A stretch of DNA of 64,000 nucleotides from a virus, in the IMG/VR virus record IMGVR_UViG_3300007539_000009, positions 1-64,000 of that record. One strand, 5' to 3'. Below the pieces are notes generated by a model that searched no databases, was not told where the DNA came from, and saw only the letters and a list, made by a program, of their open reading frames with translations. A program made the translations under genes and the position numbers. Positions within the stretch are counted from its first letter, which is position 1. Every line of letters begins with the position of its first letter. Shown here piece after piece: positions 54,161 through 63,999 of the stretch.

Positions 54161-54870
54161 CAGTTCTTCTTGCGGCCCGCGAAGCCCTCCATCGCCTTGC
54201 TCGACAGGCTGGCCACTGACTTACCGAGCTCAGGCAACCTCGCGGTGCTCTCATCACGGTAGGACCCGTAATCACGTTGCAGACTGAGCAGGTCCTTGAC
54301 GCGCGTAGTTGTCAGTGCGCGGGGACCGAAGGTCTGCATATCCCGCATCACGTTGCCCGCCAGCAGCGGATCCGCCGCTACATCAGGAGCGAAGTTCTTG
54401 ATGATTCGGAAGTAATGGTGGGCGTTGGGATCGTCGCGCAGCGTTGGGTTCTCGTGGACGATCTGCTTGACGGACTCGTTAATCTGCCGCCCACGCTGGC
54501 GCTTACGGATGCTGGCGCTGATAGCAGGCGTTGCTGCCAGAGCAAGGCCCGCACCCGCACCTACAAACTTGATCGCGTTCGCAATGTTCGTCGGGTTCCT
54601 GAGCGCCGGCAGCAGCGTGCTAGCTGCGCCAGTCTTCTCAAGCCGGTCGCAGTCGTCTGCCAACTCCTGGCAGAAGCCTAGGAAGCTCTCTGCGTAATCC
54701 GGATCCTCGATCTGCTGCGCAGCTTCTTTGACCAGGTCGACAACAGCCTCACTGTCATCTTCGCTGATCGCGCGCGCCAGCTTTACGCCGAAGTCTGACA
54801 CATCTGCCCGCTGATCGCGAGAGAGGTGCGTGCCGTAGAGGCAGGCAAACTCAGTGAATACTCCGCTCAT
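54160..54870 (-). CDS. Prohead/virion protein with central hydrophobic segment
   Basis: LEKTGAAS followed by FVGAGAGLALAA and a basic region. Confidence 0.7.
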   Translation of the reverse strand: MSGVFTEFACLYGTHLSRDQRADVSDFGVKLARAISEDDSEAVVDLVKEAAQQIEDPDYAESFLGFCQELADDCDRLEKTGAASTLLPALRNPTNIANAIKFVGAGAGLALAATPAISASIRKRQRGRQINESVKQIVHENPTLRDDPNAHHYFRIIKNFAPDVAADPLLAGNVMRDMQTFGPRALTTTRVKDLLSLQRDYGSYRDESTARLPELGKSVASLSSKAMEGFAGRKKN

Positions 54871-56033
54871 TTGCTCTTATGCGCCGCCGGCGTTGCTTTG
54901 CTTTGGTGGGTACCGGGGATGTAGTCACGCGTCAGCTGACCGAACCCCCGTGTGATTGCTTTGTCTGCACCGGAGCTCAGTACGTCTTTTAGTGACGTAG
55001 GCTTGTAGCCCTTCATCACAGAATCGACACCGCTTTGAGATGCAGCTGTCTTTGTTATTGCCGCGTCGATTACAGCTGCAAACCCATCGGTTGTGGCTGT
55101 GCGAGCATCTAGCGACTCTGCGAACTTCTGAACTTGCGGCTCAGCGGTTTCGTTGTCCATGATCACTTGCTGGATGTCACGAACAGTGCTGCTCAGGTTG
55201 TCGACCTCGGTTTTCCAATCGTTGAGGTTCTCCGAGAGGTCCATCTTGCGCTTGACCTCGGTCAGCGTGCCGTAGAGCGCCGCCCGACCGTTGATGACTG
55301 TCACGTCCGGCCCACCAAGACGACCGCCTGAGCGATCGAAGTCGTCGACGGCGGCAAGCTCAGTGGCGTCAGCCAGGGCGACGTTAGTGGGGTGCGCATG
55401 CTTACGCATCTCGTTCTGAACCGCCTGGAAGATCGGGGTCCAGCGGCCGGGGCTGTCCGGGGTCAAGCACTGAGCGTATTTGTGCATGTCGGCCAGCCGC
55501 CCACGCGCTGAGTAGACGTACTCAGTGGCGAGCTTCATCAGCTCAGTCATGTCCTCGCGGAAGTCCTGAGCTAGACCGATGGAGCGCGCATTGATCATAC
55601 GCCCGTAGTTGTCAGCGCGAGATGCGACCTTCTCCAGGTGGATCAGGGCTGCGCGCTTCTCGGCCTCGTACAGCTCCTTAGACTTCGGATCAATCCGGTC
55701 CAGGTCGCGGTCGAGGGTCGAGCCCCGCCCAGTGATGAACGAAGAGGCGACCTTACGGATCTCCTGTACGGACACCCCTTTGTCCTGCGGGCCGAGCAGC
55801 TCGAGGACGGCATCTGTAGATGCCAGGTCAAACTCCTGGCCGCCCTTGGCTGCCACCTTGCGGAGCCCGTCACTGGTGGCGTGATTGGCGGCTGTCACCA
55901 GCGAGCCGATCTCCAAGCGCGTCAGACCCTTGTCCTGGGCGATCTTGGCGATTGACTCATTGAGGCTAGCGCCGTCACGGACGTAGGTCCGCGCAGCGTC
56001 TTGAGCCAGCAACTGAATCTCGATGTTTTTCAT
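54867..56033 (-). CDS. Prohead core-like protein with K-x-A motifs
   Basis: AKIAQ, RKVAA, RKVAS, EKVAS, TKTAAS. Confidence 0.75.
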   Translation of the reverse strand: MKNIEIQLLAQDAARTYVRDGASLNESIAKIAQDKGLTRLEIGSLVTAANHATSDGLRKVAAKGGQEFDLASTDAVLELLGPQDKGVSVQEIRKVASSFITGRGSTLDRDLDRIDPKSKELYEAEKRAALIHLEKVASRADNYGRMINARSIGLAQDFREDMTELMKLATEYVYSARGRLADMHKYAQCLTPDSPGRWTPIFQAVQNEMRKHAHPTNVALADATELAAVDDFDRSGGRLGGPDVTVINGRAALYGTLTEVKRKMDLSENLNDWKTEVDNLSSTVRDIQQVIMDNETAEPQVQKFAESLDARTATTDGFAAVIDAAITKTAASQSGVDSVMKGYKPTSLKDVLSSGADKAITRGFGQLTRDYIPGTHQSKATPAAHKSK

Positions 56034-56094
56034 GGGTGAGCAGGGCCGCTAAAATCGCCCTCATACCAATCGTAGGCGCCCTGGCGGGCAAGAG

Positions 56095-57873
56095 TTAGGG
56101 CAGGTTGGGCAGCAGGGTGGTTGTGAGCTCGCCGTAGTACTGCATACAAGCCGCCTCAGCGTACGCCAGGCTGTGGAATGCGTCGTCCGGGACCTCGTGG
56201 TCGTATTTGTAGGTGTTCCGCCGCTCGTCGAACTCGATGTAGATACCGGTGAAATCAGACACAAACGGCTTCAGGTCCATGAAGTTGAAGAAGCGCGTCT
56301 TGCCAGTTCTGATCTTGTCGACAATCAGCTCGATCATCTGGTTGCGGTCGATCGAGTAGCGCTCAGCGTCAGGGCGCCACTTAGCCAGGAGGCCCTGCTG
56401 GACGTACTGCATCTGCATCAGCAGCCGCTCAGCGCCGTACCAGTTCCACCCCAACTCGTCGACCAGTCGGGCGTTCTGAGCCGCACCAAAGCCCCAGTCA
56501 GCTCCGCACCAGCGCACGTTGCACTGGGTCATGATCTCGTTGAGCGCTCCTACCTGCTTAGAGAGGTTCACTTCTGTACCAGTGAACTTCTTCATGTAGA
56601 GAACGTGGAACACGCCTTGTTTGTCACGGTGACCAATTGTGATCACGGTGTACGACGGGTTGTCTCCCTCTCCTGAGCCGTAGTCAATGCCGGCAAATAC
56701 CGGGACGCCGCGATTGGCTATTTCGCGGATAGCACGAAACTGGCTCATCTCCCGCTCTTCGCACGCATTCCGCATGACGCTTTCGGTCAGCACTAGCTGA
56801 CCCTCGTCATACGGCAAGCCCAGCACCTCATTGAAGTACCGACGCGCGCTGTACTCTTCGCGCTTGGCCTTGACCTTGGCGTGGCTTTGGAACGGTACGA
56901 TCAGCTGCGGGATGCGGAAGCCCCAGCGATGGTCTAAGTAGCTCGGCTGGCTGGGAACCCACTTGCCGTTTCGCGGTTCGATCTCTTTTCGACAGCGCGT
57001 GCAGCGGTAAGCATCGTCCGCAACGATCTCGTCATCTGGATAGTTCCAGTGATTACATGCGCTGCACTTGATCAGCCACTCGAACTGGCTGGTTCTAGTC
57101 CAAGTTCGGCTGATTAGGTTGGATGTTGTCTTCGGTGTTCCAGCGTACAGCCGGAACTTGCGATGGTCCTTGGCGTGGGATTGGCACTCCTCGAGAACCT
57201 CAATCGCGTCGGAGACAATGTCCTGAATCTCGTCTACCAACAGGTGCTCGCAGGTGATGCCTCGAGCGTTGTCAGCGGACAGGTAGCACGACCGGAAGTT
57301 GAAAAACGCACCGTTGGTGAACTCACGGGACGAGACTTGCCACAGCGTCTTGCTGGGCTGCACCCACAGGCCCATGTCCGGTGAGTCCTCACACATTGCG
57401 CGGAATCGCTGCGTAGAGAACACGGACACCTGATCCCATCGAGGCGCGATGTATAGCGTTTTGTACGCTTTGTACATCGCAGCCAACGAGATGGACTTCG
57501 CTGCCTGGGACGTGGACTTCTCAACCTGTCGTCCAGCCAGCATCAGCACGTTACGACACCCCATTGGGTACTGCTTGCGCAGGTCATAGACGCCGTACAG
57601 GTACTCTCTGCCTGTGAAGTCAAACGGCTCGCGGTCGACAGTCAAGAAGTTCTTGACGAAGCCAGAGACAGTAGAAACCGCCTTAGGTCCGCCCAGGTCT
57701 TTCTTGACTCGGTGAGCCGCGACGTGCTGGCTCTCCTGAGCAATCTGCTCTGCCTGCTGGTTGTACTTCGACCAATCGATCGCCTCGAGGTCGTTGTTGG
57801 CCAGCGTGACCGCCACGTCACGCAGCAGCTGTGCATGTGTAGTGGGCGGAGCAGTTCCTAGAAGTTCAGCCAA
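56095..57873 (-). CDS. terL: Terminase large subunit
   Basis: Walker A GRQVEKST, Walker B LLVDEIQD, YAGTPK, C..C zinc sites, nuclease AGIDYG and DDAFHS. Confidence 0.88.
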   Translation of the reverse strand: MAELLGTAPPTTHAQLLRDVAVTLANNDLEAIDWSKYNQQAEQIAQESQHVAAHRVKKDLGGPKAVSTVSGFVKNFLTVDREPFDFTGREYLYGVYDLRKQYPMGCRNVLMLAGRQVEKSTSQAAKSISLAAMYKAYKTLYIAPRWDQVSVFSTQRFRAMCEDSPDMGLWVQPSKTLWQVSSREFTNGAFFNFRSCYLSADNARGITCEHLLVDEIQDIVSDAIEVLEECQSHAKDHRKFRLYAGTPKTTSNLISRTWTRTSQFEWLIKCSACNHWNYPDDEIVADDAYRCTRCRKEIEPRNGKWVPSQPSYLDHRWGFRIPQLIVPFQSHAKVKAKREEYSARRYFNEVLGLPYDEGQLVLTESVMRNACEEREMSQFRAIREIANRGVPVFAGIDYGSGEGDNPSYTVITIGHRDKQGVFHVLYMKKFTGTEVNLSKQVGALNEIMTQCNVRWCGADWGFGAAQNARLVDELGWNWYGAERLLMQMQYVQQGLLAKWRPDAERYSIDRNQMIELIVDKIRTGKTRFFNFMDLKPFVSDFTGIYIEFDERRNTYKYDHEVPDDAFHSLAYAEAACMQYYGELTTTLLPNLP

Positions 57874-58942
57874 CGTCTTCAGCCCCCTTGTCTTTAGGGA
57901 TCTCGAAGAGGTTGTCGTCGACGTCGTCTTCTCGGATCTCGAAACGATCGAACACAGACTCTGCCTCAGCTTGGCCTACCGGCTTGCGCTTGGGATCCTC
58001 TGCGCGGTCAACCAAGAGCATGAGCGCCTTGAAGTCGCGGTCGAACATGGCGCGCGAGTCGGCGTCAGATGCATCGCGGTTTAGGTAGACCCGCCGCATG
58101 AGGCTGAGCTGCAGCGTGCTGAGCATTGCTTCGGTTCCTGCTTCGCCGTCATGGAGACCAAGCTGAGCCATGACCGAATCGACATCGCTACCGATACCGA
58201 TGGACAGCAGCTTGCGCACGGACGGCTTGAGACGCTTCAGGTGGGCTTTGAGCTCTTCGCCGTTCAGGAACGAGTAGTCCGAGAACAGCTGCTGATAGAA
58301 CAGCAACTGGTCGGGGTTAACGGACATACCCGTCATGCTCTCTGCCGCTGCCTGGATCTCCTCAAGTGATGAGGTCGTAGCCAGCAGTGTCTCGAGCGTC
58401 CACTTCTCCTCTGGGTGCGTCAACAACCAAAAGCCGTCTACACGCTCTGGGTTGTCGTAGAAGATGTCAATCTCGCAGGTCTCCAGCACTGTGCGCAGCT
58501 GCTGGGTCTCTACTTTGGTTGACGGTTCTTTGCCTGCGTTGACGCAAACTCTCAGCTTGTCCGGCAGGTTCCGCAGGAAGATGACGTAATGCCGCTCTAG
58601 CTGCGACTTAGGAAACCGCGACGATGCGAGGTTGTACTCAAGCAGTTCGTCGTAAACGTCGTCTAACGGGAGCTGTAAAAACCGCAGAAACAGAAAGCGT
58701 TGGAAAGGTACACGAGATACCCGAGTGCGCTGCGTAGCGGACCCAAATGAATGTATATGATTACCCGCGCCGTGTAGCAGACGCCGATTGGCGACTGTTA
58801 GCTTCGTCCTCAACAGACCGTGCTTTGCTTCCCAGCTCAGCTCTAGCTGTCCAGAGCCTTCTAGCTCTCGCAGCGTCCGGTCTGTGATGCCGAACTCTTT
58901 GCATAGTTGGACGCGGGAGTAAGCCTTATCGGCTTCTCCCAT
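57866..58942 (-). CDS. HTH protein upstream of TerL (terminase small subunit candidate)
   Basis: N-terminal MerR-like SRVQLCKEFGITDRTLRELE; overlaps the terL start. Confidence 0.5.
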   Translation of the reverse strand: MGEADKAYSRVQLCKEFGITDRTLRELEGSGQLELSWEAKHGLLRTKLTVANRRLLHGAGNHIHSFGSATQRTRVSRVPFQRFLFLRFLQLPLDDVYDELLEYNLASSRFPKSQLERHYVIFLRNLPDKLRVCVNAGKEPSTKVETQQLRTVLETCEIDIFYDNPERVDGFWLLTHPEEKWTLETLLATTSSLEEIQAAAESMTGMSVNPDQLLFYQQLFSDYSFLNGEELKAHLKRLKPSVRKLLSIGIGSDVDSVMAQLGLHDGEAGTEAMLSTLQLSLMRRVYLNRDASDADSRAMFDRDFKALMLLVDRAEDPKRKPVGQAEAESVFDRFEIREDDVDDNLFEIPKDKGAEDVG

Positions 58943-58945
58943 GGC

Positions 58946-60628
58946 TTACCCGCTGTAAGTAATGTTCTTCAGTTCCGTCAGGTCGCGGATAACAGCGTCT
59001 AGTGCAAACAGCGCTGTACGGATCGGAGACGAGTCAACCTCAAGGCCAACGCGTGCTGCAATCAGTAACTGAGCAACGGCGCGACGAGCGTCTCGCATCG
59101 TGTCCAGCGACTCCACGAACTTCAGGACGTTTTGCTCGTTCAAGAAGTTGAGGCTGAGCACTGCGTCTACTGTGCGTCGGCTCAGCTCTTCTGCGCTTTC
59201 AGCACACTTGATGAGCTGCTGGCGCTCAGCTTGGTAGATAGCCTGCTCAACCAGAGCTGCCGTTTTCCAGAGAGCTGCCTTCTCTTCGTTCGAGAGAACC
59301 GGCATGCCTTCGATCGGCTTAACCTCCGGAGCGGGCAGCTCTACGTAGCTGACTACGCCATCAGCCATCAGCCGGCTAGCGGCCTCTTTTGCGAAGGCAT
59401 CTTCATACGTCCGTCCGAGGTAGTCAGCCAACTCACGCAGTCTGACTGTCTCACCGTCAGGCATGCGGGCGTAGCCGCCTACCTTTGTGATCGTTTGGGC
59501 TGCCGGCACGTCGCTGGTTGTGGGCTGGTAGTCCACAGGCTGTGCCTTGTCTGCGAGCTTCAAGAAGATCCAGTCGTCGTTCAGCAGGATGGTGTCCACA
59601 TCCCCTTCAACACGCTGGAACGGTTGCTCGCTAGCAGTCTTGCGGAACTTGATTGACTTATCGCCACGCAGTTCAGCGATGTAGTCATTGCCGGCGGAAC
59701 CGCGAATGTTCACGGGCTCGGTGACGATGGTGTCCGCCGATTTGACGAACACAAAGACGCCGGTACCGCTCCAGTCGTCCTCCTCAAGCTCCGGCACGCC
59801 GTCGTACGCAGAGCCCCACAGGGGACGATCAGTAAACGCGGCAGTTTTGTCGAGGCCCACAAACGCCTGGACACCTTCACGCAGGTCGTCCAAGTCGAAG
59901 TAGTAGACGTTGTGCGCTACGAAGCCGGCTCGCTCACCATCAGCGGTAGCGACCTTGTATATGCCCGGTTCCTGGATCAGCTGAGCAGGGTTGACCTCTA
60001 CATCGACTACGGCTGCTGCTGCTCGCGTGTCTTCAACGACAGGCTCAGTGGCGTTTGCTGCGTACTTGCGCAGCACGTCCTCGAAAGCGCGGCTGGTCGT
60101 CAGACCCCACTCCAGCTGGTTCGGCTTGAGGTACGCCATAGCCTGCTTGACTTGATCGTCAGCGTAGCTAAGCGATGCGTAAGCGTACTTGCCGTCAAAC
60201 GGAGGCAACGTGAGATACGCAATCGATGCGTCGGACGACTCACCTGAACGGCCCGGCTTCACCGGCTCCCCGATCGGGTCGTCACGCTGCAGCGCTTCCT
60301 CCAGCGCAGGACGTGTGAGCGGCAGCACGTCCTCTTTGCTAATGAACACGTCTAGCGGTGCTAGGCGGCAATCAGAGATCACGACAGGGATGATTACCTT
60401 GTCGTCAATGTTGATCGCACCGACACCGTGCCCACTATCAGAGTCCGTCTTGTTCATGCGGACGTTGATGTGGTAGTCGGCCAAGTACGGCTGCGTTTGG
60501 TGCAGCACGTCCATGACCTCCTCAGGCCAGTTCTTTGAGTCACGTGACAGCCGTGAGGATGCCGACTTCTCGAAGTCGCCGAAGCTCGGGGCCTCAGCAA
60601 ACAGCGCTTGTCCCCGGAGCTTAGGCAT
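58946..60628 (-). CDS. Large prohead-associated protein with about 10 K-x-A sites
   Basis: EKSAS, YKVAT, DKTAA, VKSAD, RKTAS, AKEAAS, WKTAA, IKCAE. Confidence 0.8.
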   Translation of the reverse strand: MPKLRGQALFAEAPSFGDFEKSASSRLSRDSKNWPEEVMDVLHQTQPYLADYHINVRMNKTDSDSGHGVGAINIDDKVIIPVVISDCRLAPLDVFISKEDVLPLTRPALEEALQRDDPIGEPVKPGRSGESSDASIAYLTLPPFDGKYAYASLSYADDQVKQAMAYLKPNQLEWGLTTSRAFEDVLRKYAANATEPVVEDTRAAAAVVDVEVNPAQLIQEPGIYKVATADGERAGFVAHNVYYFDLDDLREGVQAFVGLDKTAAFTDRPLWGSAYDGVPELEEDDWSGTGVFVFVKSADTIVTEPVNIRGSAGNDYIAELRGDKSIKFRKTASEQPFQRVEGDVDTILLNDDWIFLKLADKAQPVDYQPTTSDVPAAQTITKVGGYARMPDGETVRLRELADYLGRTYEDAFAKEAASRLMADGVVSYVELPAPEVKPIEGMPVLSNEEKAALWKTAALVEQAIYQAERQQLIKCAESAEELSRRTVDAVLSLNFLNEQNVLKFVESLDTMRDARRAVAQLLIAARVGLEVDSSPIRTALFALDAVIRDLTELKNITYSG

Positions 60629-60980
60629 TGCGTGTCACCTGCAGTACACCAATGTGCTGCGGATCGGTTCCTGGTGAGAACTTGTCAGAATTGACAGAAA
60701 CGAAGATGGGCGCGTAGCGACGGTATGCATCCAACGTGATTGCTTGGGCGGACGTACCAGTGGCGTTGAAGCCTCCGGTCTCTCCGGGCATCAACGTAGC
60801 CCACGTACCGCCGGCGCCGGCTACCTGGATACGCAGGATCACAGGAATGCGACCTTTGTTGGTGATGCTGTAGCTAGCGTTGGTTGTAACGCCTATCACA
60901 CCAAGCTGCGTCGTCTTGACGCTTGAGGTGCTGTCGAACGCGGGTTCAACGCGGACCCAGTACTGTGTGAGATTGGTCAT
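60621..60980 (-). CDS. Small beta-rich virion protein (putative)
   Basis: 119 aa within the structural operon. Confidence 0.6.
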   Translation of the reverse strand: MTNLTQYWVRVEPAFDSTSSVKTTQLGVIGVTTNASYSITNKGRIPVILRIQVAGAGGTWATLMPGETGGFNATGTSAQAITLDAYRRYAPIFVSVNSDKFSPGTDPQHIGVLQVTRNA

Positions 60981-60998
60981 AGCTGCTTAGACCCATTA

Positions 60999-62435
60999 TC
61001 AGGTCATCGGGACACTTGTGGGACCGCTCGGACCTTCGGGCGTCGGGTGAATGTGTGCGTTGTAGCTGGTGCGGATCTCGACCAGGTCCCCCAAGGCGTC
61101 CGCCACCAAGCCGGCAGCTGTGACATTTCCTTGGGCGGTCACATTCCCTTGAATGTTCATGTTGCCCTGCAGCTCGACGTCGCCAGTCACGTCTACTCCA
61201 TTCTGGGAAACTACAACTGTCCTGTTGACAGTGACTTCCAGCCCTTCGTCAGTCAACCGGAAGAACTGAGACCCGCGCTCTACCCGTGTGCCTTGGGAGT
61301 CAATGACCAGCTGATGCGGGGTGCCTGACCCCGTCTCCTGGATCTTGAGCTCGCCGGAGTCCGAGTTGAACGTGATGTCGAACTTGTCACCAACCTTGAA
61401 GTGGACGCCGGCTGAAACAGGCCCGCCAACAGCATCCTGCACCCCTCCAGGGGTGTTGGGGTTCGAAAAGTCCGTGCTGGGGTGCGGCGCATTCTCTGCG
61501 GCCAACTCCCCCATTTCCAGGCTCAGCAGCTGCTCTCCAGCCTGCTGCTGCATCCGGTAGGTGTTGGTCTCGTTGTCGATCTCCTCGACGCGATGGCCAC
61601 CCCACAGCCGGCGGCGCCCTCGAGCAACGATCGGGAGGCTGCCCAGCCCCGCTACATCATCGACAATCACCAGAGGCACGAATCCGGTGAACTCCCGCAG
61701 GTCTACGTCTTGCGCAAGACTCTGAGCCCGAAGCAGGTTCAAGTGCGTCACCCGCCCCTGTGTCGCCCCGGAGGCAGTGACCGTGGTGTGGGTGTCCGTC
61801 CACCCTGCAGACTCAAACGACCAGTCCCGACACGACGCTTGGATGCGGTTTCCCTGGGAGTGCATCAGGAAGTAGGTGCGGCGGGACTTCGGTTGGAGCA
61901 AGATGTCTCCGAAGTCGTAGACCCGCACTAACGCACGCTCCTGGTTGAGCCGCGCACGGTTCTGCATGATCGCGTCACCGGGGAAGATCGCCGACTCAGC
62001 GATGCCGCGCTGGTCTATTCGTCGGAAGCTGATCTGCTGACCTGTGCGGTTGAGGAGGTCACCTTCGAGGTTGGTTGCAGAGTCAGCAAGCTGCTCTTCG
62101 ATGGTGTTGGCCTCTGTGCCTGTATTGGCAGAGATGACATCAAGCTCACCGATCACTACCCAATCAGCACCTACGAAGTGAGCAGTGATTACGCGCGTAC
62201 CTTGCGAGTACGGCCGTTCTGCGCCTTGCCGCATAGCGGAGCAGAGACGATCCCCGATACGGTCGATCGTGACGTTGTAAACCCGTGTCTTCGGGTTGTA
62301 GCCACGAATCACACCAGCAAACATCTGGTGCGACCGGTTCACCCCTCGCGTTTGGTAGGCGTACAGCTGCTGACCCGCTGTGCTCAACACAGCAGGCTTA
62401 TTGCCTCCAAGTCCTGAAGGGTAGCCCGCGTCCAT
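60999..62435 (-). CDS. Baseplate central spike (gp5/gpV-like)
   Basis: N-terminal OB-like domain, VTGDVELQGNMNIQGNVTAQG beta-helix repeats, C-terminal NAHIHP (HxH metal site). Confidence 0.75.
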   Translation of the reverse strand: MDAGYPSGLGGNKPAVLSTAGQQLYAYQTRGVNRSHQMFAGVIRGYNPKTRVYNVTIDRIGDRLCSAMRQGAERPYSQGTRVITAHFVGADWVVIGELDVISANTGTEANTIEEQLADSATNLEGDLLNRTGQQISFRRIDQRGIAESAIFPGDAIMQNRARLNQERALVRVYDFGDILLQPKSRRTYFLMHSQGNRIQASCRDWSFESAGWTDTHTTVTASGATQGRVTHLNLLRAQSLAQDVDLREFTGFVPLVIVDDVAGLGSLPIVARGRRRLWGGHRVEEIDNETNTYRMQQQAGEQLLSLEMGELAAENAPHPSTDFSNPNTPGGVQDAVGGPVSAGVHFKVGDKFDITFNSDSGELKIQETGSGTPHQLVIDSQGTRVERGSQFFRLTDEGLEVTVNRTVVVSQNGVDVTGDVELQGNMNIQGNVTAQGNVTAAGLVADALGDLVEIRTSYNAHIHPTPEGPSGPTSVPMT

Positions 62436-62887
62436 CAGATCTGCTTGACGCTCTCCTTCAGCGACTCAATGATCTTCTCGCGAATCTCAGGACGCCGCGT
62501 CTCGATGATGCGAATCAGGCGCTGCACCCAGTCTTTGAGTGAGATCCTCAAGCCCTTTTGTTGAGGCAGGGCAATCGTCTTCTGCGCAAAGCGGCGAACG
62601 ATTTCGCGCTCCTCACCAGTGGCCGGAGCACCTTTGTAGTCGCGGCGGAACTGCTGTGCTTCCAAGTCTTGCCGACGGCCTGCGCGGTCGATCTCAGTCG
62701 TTGTGTACTGATGCTCAGCAATCTTGGCGAGCTCAGACACGTAGCTCTCCATAGCTCCTCGTTTCACAAATCCTCCTGGTATAGTTCGGCTCCCGGGCAG
62801 CACCGCACGATTGAATCCAGTTCCGGCCGTCAACTTGACGTTTGCCAGCTTTTCAAGTTGAGCCAAGAGTGCTTCGTATGCGTTCAT
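62435..62887 (-). CDS. Small protein with two ELxKxA motifs
   Basis: AQLEKLANV, YVSELAKIAEH. Confidence 0.7.
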   Translation of the reverse strand: MNAYEALLAQLEKLANVKLTAGTGFNRAVLPGSRTIPGGFVKRGAMESYVSELAKIAEHQYTTTEIDRAGRRQDLEAQQFRRDYKGAPATGEEREIVRRFAQKTIALPQQKGLRISLKDWVQRLIRIIETRRPEIREKIIESLKESVKQI

Positions 62888-63999
62888 ATCTTGACAGGGC
62901 GCTTGACAGAGTCGATGGAGCGCAGATTAGTCAGCGCCAGTTGAGAGATGGGATGACCTTTTTGCAGATCAGTCTTCAACCCCATGGTGGGGGCTCGCTC
63001 GAGCGTCTTCTGGAGCTTTTCGTGGATTAGCGATCCGACAAAGTCGGTGCTGTAGCTAGGCGCGGCCTTGATGCCTGCGACCAGCGGCTCGTATTCGATC
63101 TCTTTGCCCCGCATCTTGCGAATCTTGGCGTTGTACTCTTCGATCTGATTAGTAAGCACAAAGTCGCCGGACACGACACCGAACTTGGACCCATCGTTGG
63201 CTTCAGTGACCTTCGCCCGGTTGGTCAAAGGCGTGATCGCAGTCTCATAGATCTTGCGGCGAATCTTACTGCCTGACGCGCTGTAGTTCTTATCCAGCTC
63301 ATCAATCAGGTAGTTCTGCACGCGCGGCAGATCTCCTGTGAGGTCCAGCAGCTCTTTCGGCTCGACGATGCCGTGGCGGCTGAGTTGATCGCCTGCTTTG
63401 ACCCGCTGGCCTCGCGTCACCTTGGTTGCGAGCTCTTGCGGGATGAAATGTCTAGTGCCCGACACGAAGACATAGTCGCCCCCGGTAGGACCGGGCTCGA
63501 TCTTGTTAACTACACCGTCGTTCTGAGCCAGAACTGCTTTACCTCTAATGGTTTGCGGCATTTCCAGGATCTGCTTGATCCGGTCAAAGCCAAGGTTCGA
63601 CTCTGAGCCAACCGCACCACCTGTGTGGAACGCGCGCAACGTCACCTGCGTAGCACGCTCGCCAATAGTCTGCCCAGCAAGCGCACCAATGTGGAAACCA
63701 ATGCGAGGTGACTTACCACTCTCGTCGAGGCCAAAGCATTTCTGGCAGATGCCGCCAACTGCCTTACACGTCATAGGCGAACGCACCTTGATGCGCTTCT
63801 CGCCCTTCTGCCGCAAGCGGCGTGCAAGCTCTTGCGTGATGATTTGATTGCGGTACGCACCCTCAGCACCGTAGCGGTCGGAGATCTCCTTGTCGTCAAG
63901 AGACATCTCGATACCCTGCATCGTTCCGCAGTCATCCGCTTTGATGGTCATCTCGACGTTCGAGTTGACCAGCAGGCGGCTTAAGTAGCCTGTATCAGC
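62884..63999 (-). CDS. rpoC: DNA-directed RNA polymerase beta-prime subunit, C-terminal part (open at window end)
   Basis: Bridge-helix end ADTGYLSRLL..DDCGT, VRSPMTC..ICQKCFG zinc site, trigger loop GALAGQTIGERATQVTLRAFHTGG, GFDRIKQILE. Confidence 0.92.
   Translation of the reverse strand, partial: ADTGYLSRLLVNSNVEMTIKADDCGTMQGIEMSLDDKEISDRYGAEGAYRNQIITQELARRLRQKGEKRIKVRSPMTCKAVGGICQKCFGLDESGKSPRIGFHIGALAGQTIGERATQVTLRAFHTGGAVGSESNLGFDRIKQILEMPQTIRGKAVLAQNDGVVNKIEPGPTGGDYVFVSGTRHFIPQELATKVTRGQRVKAGDQLSRHGIVEPKELLDLTGDLPRVQNYLIDELDKNYSASGSKIRRKIYETAITPLTNRAKVTEANDGSKFGVVSGDFVLTNQIEEYNAKIRKMRGKEIEYEPLVAGIKAAPSYSTDFVGSLIHEKLQKTLERAPTMGLKTDLQKGHPISQLALTNLRSIDSVKRPVKI

Noticed and set aside
54867-60628. 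Portal protein among the genes flanking terL
   Set aside because: No portal features were recognised, and both large candidates are rich in K-x-A sites; the portal is probably outside the window.
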